Below, piece by piece: positions 24,290 to 30,571 of a stretch of 32,000 nucleotides of DNA. The notes beneath the pieces are model-generated. The model made no database searches. It worked only from the letters and a program-made list of their open reading frames with translations, and was not told the origin of the DNA. Position 1 is the stretch's first letter; every line of letters begins with the position of its first letter. A program made the position numbers and the translations under genes. This DNA comes from Schaalia odontolytica (GTDB taxonomy: Bacteria; Actinomycetota; Actinomycetes; Actinomycetales; Actinomycetaceae), in assembly GCF_005696695.1 (NCBI RefSeq), contig NZ_CP040006.1:1590001-1622000 (forward strand). The letters run 5' to 3'.

Positions 24290-24577
24290 TCAGTCCCGGT
24301 CCTCTTCGATGGTGGCGCGCAGACCGTACGAGTGCATGGCCATGACGTCCGCCTCGATGCGTTCGCGCACGCCCGTGGAAACGGTGGCGCGCCCGCGCGT
24401 ATGAACGGCCATCATAAGTTCCTCAGCGCGGGCGCTGGAATAGCCGAAATACTGGCGAAACACGGCGCTCACGTAGCTCATGAGGTTGACAGGATCGTCC
24501 CACACGACGGCACGCCAACGCGGCACCGCGGTGGGTGCCTCGTGCGTGCGGGACGCGGGTTGGAAGATCGTTGTCAT
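24290..24577 (-). CDS. clpS: ATP-dependent Clp protease adaptor ClpS
   Basis: WRAVVWDDPVNLMSYVSAVFRQYFGYSSARAEELMMAVHTRGRATV is the ClpS core. Confidence 0.9.
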   Translation of the reverse strand: MTTIFQPASRTHEAPTAVPRWRAVVWDDPVNLMSYVSAVFRQYFGYSSARAEELMMAVHTRGRATVSTGVRERIEADVMAMHSYGLRATIEEDRD

Positions 24578-24658
24578 ACGTCAACACTAAGGCGTATTTG
24601 GGTATCAGGGAAGGAAATTCGCACCCCGGTGACACGCTTCTCAGGGTAGGCTCACAGT

Positions 24659-26002
24659 ATGCCTGCATCAACATCTACTTCATTGCTGACTGATATGTAC
24701 GAGCTCACGATGCTCGACGCCGCCCTGAAGGATGGCACCGCGCATCGTCGCTGCACGTTTGAGCTGTTTGGGCGCCGCCTGCCCGCCACGCGACGCTTCG
24801 GCGTTGTCGCCGGCACCGGTCGCATTCTCGAGGCCCTGGAACGCTTCGAGTTCGACGCTGAACAGATCGATTGGTTGCGCGACCAGGGGATCATCTCCGA
24901 GGAGGCCGCGCAGTTCCTGGCTTCGTGGCGTTTCACGGGCGACATCTGGGGCTACGCCGAGGGCGAGTGCTACTTCCCCGGCTCTCCCCTGCTGACCGTT
25001 GAGGGCACGTTCGCGGACTGCACGCTCCTGGAGACGCTGCTCCTGTCGATCCTCAACCACGATTGCGCGGTGGCTTCCGCCGCCTCGCGTATGACGATCG
25101 CCGCCCACGGCCGTCCCTGCATGGACATGGGTGCTCGCCGTGCCCACGAACGCGCCGCGGTCTCCGCCGCCCGCGCCGCCATCATCGGCGGTTTCCAGGG
25201 CACCTCCGACCTCGAGGCAGCCAAGCGCTACGGGATCCGCTGCATCGGCACGGCCGCCCACGCGTTCACGCTCCTGCACGACAGCGAACGCGACGCCTTC
25301 GACTCTCAGGTCGCCAAGCTGGGCGCGGGCACGACCCTGCTCGTGGACACCTACGACATCAGGCAGGGCGTCATCAACGCGGTCGAGGCTGCGCGCGCTG
25401 CCGGCGGCGAGCTGGGCGCGGTGCGCCTGGACTCCGGCGACCTGGTCGCTGAAGCGTTCAAGGTGCGCGGACAGCTCGACGCGATGGGCGCGACCACCAC
25501 GAAGATCACGGTGACCTCCGACCTGGACGAGTACGCGATCGCCGCCCTCGGCGCGGCCCCCGTGGACTCCTACGGCGTGGGCACCAAGCTCGTGACGGGT
25601 TCGGGCGTCCCGACGGCCGCCCTGGTCTACAAGGTTGTCCAGCGCGAGGATAGCAACGGCCAGATCGTGTCTGTGGCCAAGAAGGCCGAGTCAAAGTCCA
25701 CGGTCGGCGGACGCAAGGTTGCCGGCCGCGTCATGGGCGAGGACGGCTACGCGACCGAGGAGCTCCTGCTCGTCGGCACGTCCTTCGAGGAGGGCCAGGC
25801 TCTGCTGGCCGAGCGCGGCGCCCGCCCGCTGCAGGTCCAGCTGGTCCGCGGCGGCCAGATCGACGCCGAAGCCTGGGGCCCCGAGGCGCTGTCCCGCGCC
25901 CAGGAGCGCCACCTGCGCGCCCGCAACGAGCTGCCCTACCAGGCGTGGCGCCTGTCCGAGGGCGAGGTCGCAATCCCCACGCGCTACGAGCAGGTCGACT
26001 GA
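24659..26002 (+). CDS. pncB: Nicotinate phosphoribosyltransferase
   Basis: N-terminal LLTDMYELTMLDAAL, then GTAAHAF and LLVDTYD motifs. 447 aa. Confidence 0.9.
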   Translation: MPASTSTSLLTDMYELTMLDAALKDGTAHRRCTFELFGRRLPATRRFGVVAGTGRILEALERFEFDAEQIDWLRDQGIISEEAAQFLASWRFTGDIWGYAEGECYFPGSPLLTVEGTFADCTLLETLLLSILNHDCAVASAASRMTIAAHGRPCMDMGARRAHERAAVSAARAAIIGGFQGTSDLEAAKRYGIRCIGTAAHAFTLLHDSERDAFDSQVAKLGAGTTLLVDTYDIRQGVINAVEAARAAGGELGAVRLDSGDLVAEAFKVRGQLDAMGATTTKITVTSDLDEYAIAALGAAPVDSYGVGTKLVTGSGVPTAALVYKVVQREDSNGQIVSVAKKAESKSTVGGRKVAGRVMGEDGYATEELLLVGTSFEEGQALLAERGARPLQVQLVRGGQIDAEAWGPEALSRAQERHLRARNELPYQAWRLSEGEVAIPTRYEQVD

Positions 26003-26182
26003 CCCTCAGCTCTCACTGAACGAAGCCCCGGCCTCGTCCTTCACTGAACTGCCTCCCGTTTCTTGGACATCGACATTGAAGTCCAGGGAATGGGAGGCTT
26101 TTCATGCCCGCAAATCCGCGCAGAACGCATGGCCCTGTACTGCAAGCCTGAGCCCTCGTCGACTGCTGAATCTACAAAGAAA

Positions 26183-26278
26183 CTTGTTACCCGATGGGGT
26201 GTAACACCTGATCGGGAAGATTCAACCCCTTCTGATCGGGTTGAATGCTCCCGATCAGGTTGAATCCTGACGATCGTG
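26183..26278 (+). repeat. Module A1 (about 95 bp), direct repeat of A2 at roughly 88% identity
   Basis: cttgttacccgatggggtgtaacacctgatcgggaagattcaaccccttctgatcgggttgaatgctcccgatcaggttgaatcctgacgatcg aligns by eye with 26688-26780. Hairpin 1 is at 26190-26216 and hairpin 2 at 26220-26246. A 19-nt tandem duplication spans 26234-26252 and 26253-26269. Confidence 0.85.
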
Positions 26279-26370
26279 TCTTTCGTATTCAGCGTCGGCC
26301 CGATGCAGGTCGGGAGGATCAGGCTCACCACGTCACCAATGACGAACTCACACATGTCCCCGCAGTGCGG

Positions 26371-26477
26371 CTTGTTGCTAAGCGGTGTTACACCACTTAG
26401 CAGGGTATTGCACCAGCTCGGAAGTGGTGTACTGCTCCCTAACTGGTGTAATGCTCCCTAAACGGCACAGTACTGCC
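26371..26477 (+). repeat. Module B1
   Basis: Hairpin 1: GCTAAGcGGTG-tta-CACCaCTTAGC (26377-26401). Hairpin 2: imperfect, about 26404-26436, with an 11-nt loop agctcggaagt. Tandem 19/20-nt units tggtgtaMtgctccctaa(a)c lie at 26425-26443 and 26444-26463. The palindrome CAGTACTG lies within 26464-26477. Confidence 0.75.
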
Positions 26478-26485
26478 TGCCGCAG

Positions 26486-26520
26486 CTTGGTTGACAGCAA
26501 TGTAACGACACATTGGGGCT
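26486..26520 (+). repeat. Module C (short; lead plus hairpin 1 only)
   Basis: cttggttgacag followed by CAATGT-aacgac-ACATTG (26498-26515). It shares the TGTAAC core with the hairpin-1 loop of A1. Confidence 0.5.
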
Positions 26521-26538
26521 TCCCCTGCCGCACGTGAG

Positions 26539-26646
26539 CTTGTAGCTAAGCAGCAGTGGACTACTTGGCGCAGCATTGCACTAGATAGAAGGCAGTGCAA
26601 TGCCCTCCTAACTAGTGCATTGCTGCTGCATCTAGTGCAGCACTAG
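26539..26646 (+). repeat. Module B2
   Basis: Hairpin 1: GCTAAGcAG-cagtgga-CTaCTTGGC (26545-26569). Hairpin 2: perfect 10-bp GCATTGCACT / AGTGCAATGC (26573-26603) with an 11-nt loop agatagaaggc. Further hairpin: CTAGTGCA...TGCAtCTAG (26612-26635). A 15-bp palindrome CTAGTGCaGCACTAG lies at 26632-26646. Confidence 0.75.
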
Positions 26647-26650
26647 GCTT

Positions 26651-26676
26651 GCCGGAGCGTCTCTCGGGCCGGTTTT
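26651..26676 (+). terminator. Weak candidate intrinsic terminator on the + strand after module B2
   Basis: GCCGGAG-cgtct-CTCGGGC (7-bp stem with one mismatch) followed by cggTTTTcc. This is the only T-run next to a hairpin in the island. Confidence 0.25.
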
Positions 26677-26687
26677 CCACGACAGGG

Positions 26688-26780
26688 CTTATTACCGATG
26701 GGGTCTGACACCCGATCAGCAAGATTCAACCCCTTCTGATCGGGTTGAATACTCCCGATCGGGTTGAATCCTGTCAATCG
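26688..26780 (+). repeat. Module A2, direct repeat of A1
   Basis: cttattaccgatggggtctgacacccgatcagcaagattcaaccccttctgatcgggttgaatactcccgatcgggttgaatcctgtcaatcg. Hairpin 1 is at 26697-26717 and hairpin 2 (ATTCAACCC/GGGTTGAAT) at 26724-26750. Confidence 0.85.
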
Positions 26781-26835
26781 CGCATTCGCTATCTAGTGGC
26801 AGATTGACGCGGAGCGGATGCTGTGGAACCGAAGG

Positions 26836-28578
26836 TCAGTGGCGGCCGACGAACCACTCGCGCAGCAGGGCGATGCGGGCCTCGATCTGCTCGGTCGTGG
26901 CCTGGGCGACCTCGGGGCCGCCGCAGCGCGAACGCAGGCGCGAGTGAATCGTCGCGTGGGTCTCGCCGGAGCGGCGCGACCATGTAGAAACCAGGTGCTG
27001 AAGCTCCTTGCGCTTGGCGGCACGCAGCTTGTGGGCGGGGATTCCGGCGTTTTCTTCACGCATCTTCTGCGCGGCGCGGGTCTTCTTCTGGGCGGCAACC
27101 TGGTCGGCCTGGCGGGCGCGCAGCAGGGTCGTCACCTGATCGGCGTCCAGCAGGCCGGGAATACCCAGATATTCCTGCTCTTCCTCGGAGCCGACCTCCG
27201 CGCCCGCGCCCCACGCGGCACCGTCGAAGAGGACACCGTCAAACTCGGCGTCCGCCCCCAGGACCTCGAACTGCGAGAGCAGGTCGGAGGAAGCTTTCTC
27301 CTCGCGGTTCGCGGCCGCGACGAGGGCATCCTCGGGATTCCACATGTCGTCTTCGCTGGCCTCGTCACGCTTGGGCCGGTCCAGCGCATGGTCGCGCTCG
27401 ACCTCCATGCCGCCGGCGAGCGTCAGCAGGGGCACGACGGAGGGGATGAAGACGGTGGCCGTCTCACCGCGGCGACGGGCTCGCACGTAGCGGCCGATGG
27501 CCTGGGCAAAGAACAGCGGCGTGGAGGCATTCGTCGCGTAGACGCCGACCGCGAGGCGGGGCACGTCGACGCCCTCGGACACCATGCGCACGGCGACCAT
27601 CCACTTGTCGGTGGAGTCGGCGAACTCGGAGATGCGGTCGGAGGCGTCCGCGTCGTCGGACAGGACGATCGTGGGGGCCTTGCCGGTGATCAGGCGCAGG
27701 TGGCGGGCGTAGGCGCGCGCGTGCTCCTGGTTGGAGGCGATGACGAGACCTCCCGCGTCGGGCACGGCGCGGCGCACCTCTTCGAGGCGCATATCGGCGG
27801 CACGCAGGACGGCGGGAATCCACTCGCCCTTCGGGTCCAGCGCGGTGCGCCAGGCCTGCTTCATCATGTCCTTGGTGAGGGGCTCACCCAGGCGGGCGCT
27901 GACCTCGTCGCCCGCGCTGGTGCGCCAGGCCATCTGCCCCGAGTAGGACATGAACAGGACGGGACGAACGACGCCGTCCTTGAGGGCATCGCCGTAGCCG
28001 TAGGTGTAGTCGGCGCGCGAGCGTCGGATGCCTTCCTCGTCCTCCTCGTAGGTGACGAAGGGAATCGGAGAGGTATCGGAGCGGAAGGGCGTGCCCGTCA
28101 GCGCCAGGCGCCGCGTCGCGTCCGTGAAGGCCTCGCGCACGCCGTCGCCCCACGACAGGGAGTCGCCGGCGTGGTGGATTTCGTCGAGGATGACGAGGGT
28201 ACGGTAGGCGCGGGTGCGCGCCGCATGAACGGCCGGGTTGGAGCCAATCTGCGCGTAGGTGACGGCCACGCCGTCGAAGTGGGAGCCGGCAACGCCCTGC
28301 GAGTTCGTAAAGTCGGGGTCGATGTGGATGCCGAAGCGCGCCGCGCTCGAGGCCCACTGTCCCTTGAGGTGCTCGGTGGGGCACACGACGGTGAGCTTGT
28401 CAACGATGCCGCGGGCGATCAGTTCGGTCGCAAGCGTCAGGGCGAAGGTCGTCTTACCTGCGCCCGGCGTTGCGACCGCCAGGAAGTCGCGCGGGGAGGT
28501 CGCCATGTAGCGATCCAGGGCAGCGGCCTGCCAGGCGCGCAACCTGCCAACGGGTGCGCGCCGGGTCGTCTCGCTCAC
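26836..28578 (-). CDS. Superfamily 2 DEAD/DEAH-box helicase (DNA/RNA helicase, ResIII-like N-terminal domain)
   Basis: Walker A ATPGAGKTTFAL, DEAH-type box LVILDEIHHAGD, and a helicase C domain. The GTG start overlaps the stop of the upstream DUF3039 gene (GTGA at 28578-28575). Confidence 0.85.
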   Translation of the reverse strand: MSETTRRAPVGRLRAWQAAALDRYMATSPRDFLAVATPGAGKTTFALTLATELIARGIVDKLTVVCPTEHLKGQWASSAARFGIHIDPDFTNSQGVAGSHFDGVAVTYAQIGSNPAVHAARTRAYRTLVILDEIHHAGDSLSWGDGVREAFTDATRRLALTGTPFRSDTSPIPFVTYEEDEEGIRRSRADYTYGYGDALKDGVVRPVLFMSYSGQMAWRTSAGDEVSARLGEPLTKDMMKQAWRTALDPKGEWIPAVLRAADMRLEEVRRAVPDAGGLVIASNQEHARAYARHLRLITGKAPTIVLSDDADASDRISEFADSTDKWMVAVRMVSEGVDVPRLAVGVYATNASTPLFFAQAIGRYVRARRRGETATVFIPSVVPLLTLAGGMEVERDHALDRPKRDEASEDDMWNPEDALVAAANREEKASSDLLSQFEVLGADAEFDGVLFDGAAWGAGAEVGSEEEQEYLGIPGLLDADQVTTLLRARQADQVAAQKKTRAAQKMREENAGIPAHKLRAAKRKELQHLVSTWSRRSGETHATIHSRLRSRCGGPEVAQATTEQIEARIALLREWFVGRH

Positions 28579-28916
28579 TTGTCGGAGCCCTTTCCGCCGT
28601 CGGAGAAGGGCCAGTTACGCCCGTTCTTTCCCATCGAGTCGCGCAGCTCCTTGCAGGTGGGGCACACCGGGTACTGCGAGGCGTCGCGGGTGGGGATCCA
28701 CACCTTGCCGCACAGGGCGACGACGGGCTGTCCCGTCACCATGGACGAGTTTGCCTTGTCCTTGCGCACGAAGTGGGCGAAGCGGTCGCCGTCCCCGCCG
28801 GTGCGCTCCTTGCGGGTCTCGGTACGCTCCAGCAGACCGGTCGAGGACGCGGTGGAGGGACCGGAGGGCGCGGAGGGGCCGGTGGGTTCGTCGAGGGCAT
28901 TACGCATGGGGTCCAT
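28575..28916 (-). CDS. DUF3039 domain protein (small zinc-ribbon-like actinobacterial protein)
   Basis: DRFAHFVRKDKANSSMVTGQPVVALCGKVWIPTRDASQYPVCPTCKEL matches the DUF3039 core as I remember it. Confidence 0.8.
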   Translation of the reverse strand: MDPMRNALDEPTGPSAPSGPSTASSTGLLERTETRKERTGGDGDRFAHFVRKDKANSSMVTGQPVVALCGKVWIPTRDASQYPVCPTCKELRDSMGKNGRNWPFSDGGKGSDK

Positions 28917-28989
28917 TGTACGTGCCTGGGGGTCCTTCCAACGGGTGGCACGCGTGCGCCGGGAGCGAAGAAGCGACGCTCACAATAAG

Positions 28990-29019
28990 GCCCCGGCCTC
29001 GCATTGACGAGGCCGGGGC
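28990..29019 (-). terminator. GC-rich hairpin downstream of nagB (12-bp stem, 6-nt loop), same motif family
   Basis: GCCCCGGCCTCG cattga CGAGGCCGGGGC. It lies 22 nt after the nagB stop at 29042. Confidence 0.6.
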
Positions 29020-29041
29020 GAAGTCGGGTGGGGAACCTATC

Positions 29042-29815
29042 TCACAGGTGTTCCTTCTCCCAGACCTCCTTGTAGAAGTCTGCGAGCTCGAGCTTGGAGG
29101 CGGCAGCCTCGTCGAGGAGCACAGTGACGTCGGGGTGGTGCTGGAGGATGGACGCGGGCCAGCGCTGGGTGACGCCGCCCTCGATCATAGCCTTGACAGC
29201 GTCGGCCTTGCCTTCACCCGTGGCGATGAAGATGTGGGCGCGCGAGTCCATGATCGTGCCCAGGCCCTGGGTCACGCAGTGCGTGGGAACCTGGTCGATG
29301 TCGCCATCGAAGAAGCGGGCGTTGTCGCGGCGGGTCTGCTCGGTCAGGACGCCCACGTGGGTGCGCGACGCGAGGGTGCCGCCGGGCTCGTTGAAGCCGA
29401 TGTGGCCGTCAGAGCCAATGCCGAGGACCTGGATGTCGATACCGCCGTCGGCCTTGATGGCCTCGTCGTAGGCGGCAGCGCCGGCCTCGAGGTCATCGCA
29501 CCAGCCGTCGGGGCCGTGTGCCGCACCCTCGGGCATGTCGACGAGGTCGACGAGGTTGCGGTGGATGAAGTTCGCGTAGCCCTCGTAGTGGTCGCGGGGC
29601 AGGCCCACGTACTCGTCGAGGTTGTAGGAACGAACCTGGGCAAAGGAGATCTGACCGGCCTCGTAGCGGCGCACGAGCTCTGCGTAGAGCTTCAGCGGCG
29701 AGGAGCCGGTGGCCAGGCCGAGCACGAAGTTCGGCTTAGCGCGGTACACCTCGAGGATGCGGTCCGCTGCGAGGGATGCGATCTGATCTTCGTCGTTGAA
29801 AATTCCAATTCTCAT
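29042..29815 (-). CDS. nagB: Glucosamine-6-phosphate deaminase
   Basis: Motifs FVLGLATGSSPL and LGIGSDGHIGFNEPG. 257 aa. Confidence 0.95.
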   Translation of the reverse strand: MRIGIFNDEDQIASLAADRILEVYRAKPNFVLGLATGSSPLKLYAELVRRYEAGQISFAQVRSYNLDEYVGLPRDHYEGYANFIHRNLVDLVDMPEGAAHGPDGWCDDLEAGAAAYDEAIKADGGIDIQVLGIGSDGHIGFNEPGGTLASRTHVGVLTEQTRRDNARFFDGDIDQVPTHCVTQGLGTIMDSRAHIFIATGEGKADAVKAMIEGGVTQRWPASILQHHPDVTVLLDEAAASKLELADFYKEVWEKEHL

Positions 29816-29822
29816 GTGTTTA

Positions 29823-29860
29823 ACCTTACACTGCTGACGTCGATTTGTCAGACGAATCGA
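29823..29860 (-). promoter_or_regulatory. Candidate nagB promoter/operator: -10-like TAAGGT 7 nt before the ATG, plus the inverted repeat TCGATT-N9-AATCGA
   Basis: On the minus strand, TAAGGT (29828-29823) is followed by taaacac and then ATG. The palindrome lies at 29840-29860 in an AT-rich 75-bp spacer between cutC and nagB. AAGG could instead be a distant SD. Confidence 0.3.
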
Positions 29861-29890
29861 TGAAGATTTTTTGAAAACGTGTGATCTGGG

Positions 29891-30571
29891 TTATCCGTGC
29901 AGGGCAGCGACGATTCGCTCGACCTCCGCCCGATCGGTTCCCGAGGTTCCGGGGGCTCGCATGTGGACCTCTCGCGCTCCCGAGGCAGCCACGACCTCGG
30001 CGACGTTATGAGCGCGCAGGCCACCCGACACCAGGATGATGATGTCGTCTCCCCCGCGCTCGACGAGGCGGGCGAGGGCGTCCGGCTGCGCGACGGCCGG
30101 ATCCCCACCCGTCGTCAGCACGCGGTCGTACCCGAGTTCCATGAGAACGTCGAGACCGCGATCCTGATCCACGACCTGGTCGAATCCACGGTGGAAGGTC
30201 AGCGGTGCGTCCTCGGCTGTGTCCCGCAGGCGCGCGGCCGCGTTCACGTCGATCTGCCCGTCGCGAGTGATGACGCCAACGACGAAGCCGAGGCGCACGT
30301 CCGATCCACGACCGATCGACGACAGGGTCACGATATCGGAGGCGATGCGGTCGACCTCTTCCCGCGTATGGACGAAGTCCCCGGGGCGCGGGCGCACGAG
30401 CACCTGAACTCCCCCAGCGGGCGCCACCTCGAGGGCAGCGGCCACCTCGTCGAATGCGGGGGTCAGGCCGCCGCACGACAGGTCGGTGCAGATCTCAATG
30501 CGATCCGCTCCCCCGTCGCGCGCACGGCGCACGCCCACGGCATCTTCCACGCAAATCTCTACAGTCGTCAC
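29891..30571 (-). CDS. cutC: CutC family protein (TIM-barrel, annotated as copper homeostasis)
   Basis: VEICVEDAVGVRRARDGGADRIEICTDLSCGGLTP is the CutC N-terminal signature. I prefer GTG 30571, which overlaps the ROK stop (GTGA) and has GAGAGGTGG upstream. The listed ORF starts at 30592. Confidence 0.85.
   Translation of the reverse strand: MTTVEICVEDAVGVRRARDGGADRIEICTDLSCGGLTPAFDEVAAALEVAPAGGVQVLVRPRPGDFVHTREEVDRIASDIVTLSSIGRGSDVRLGFVVGVITRDGQIDVNAAARLRDTAEDAPLTFHRGFDQVVDQDRGLDVLMELGYDRVLTTGGDPAVAQPDALARLVERGGDDIIILVSGGLRAHNVAEVVAASGAREVHMRAPGTSGTDRAEVERIVAALHG

Larger units (their letters stand above)
26003..26835. other. ORF-poor, lower-GC, palindrome-dense non-coding island between convergent genes; five diverged tandem modules (A1, B1, C, B2, A2)
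   Basis: There is no ORF with an SD or GC3 bias. The line 26161-26220 counts 28/60 G+C, against 49/60 for the pncB line 25861-25920. Each module starts with a CTTGTT-like lead (26183, 26371, 26486, 26539, 26688) and contains conserved-architecture hairpins, listed under the module features and in the findings. Confidence 0.8.

Noticed and set aside
26063-26263. 66-aa ORF (and the 104-aa - strand ORF 26041-26355) across module A1
   Set aside because: It has no SD and low GC3, unlike the genes in this window. The homologous module A2 carries an indel that breaks the frame, so the repeat is not conserved as protein.
26498-26515. dif-like XerC/D site (CAATGT-N6-ACATTG in a low-GC convergent region)
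   Set aside because: It has the 6-bp central spacer geometry but lacks the conserved ATAA/TTAT-type arm cores and the longer 11-bp arms of known dif sites. More likely it is just hairpin 1 of module C.
26183-26780. Possible CRISPR array
   Set aside because: The repeats are not identical or regularly spaced (lead-to-lead distances are 188, 115, 53 and 149 bp). There is no repeat-spacer periodicity and no cas genes in the window.
26183-26780. Possible integron attC array (structure conserved, sequence variable)
   Set aside because: The modules are contiguous with no intervening cassettes or ORFs. I could not find the R''/R' core sites (RYYYAAC/GTTRRRY) in the expected paired geometry. There is no intI or attI nearby, and integrons are rare in this phylum.
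26818-29007. 729-aa ORF on the + strand
   Set aside because: It is a shadow ORF antisense to the SF2 helicase and DUF3039 genes. It is R/G/A-rich with no motifs, and the - strand carries the Walker A, DEAH and DUF3039 signatures.
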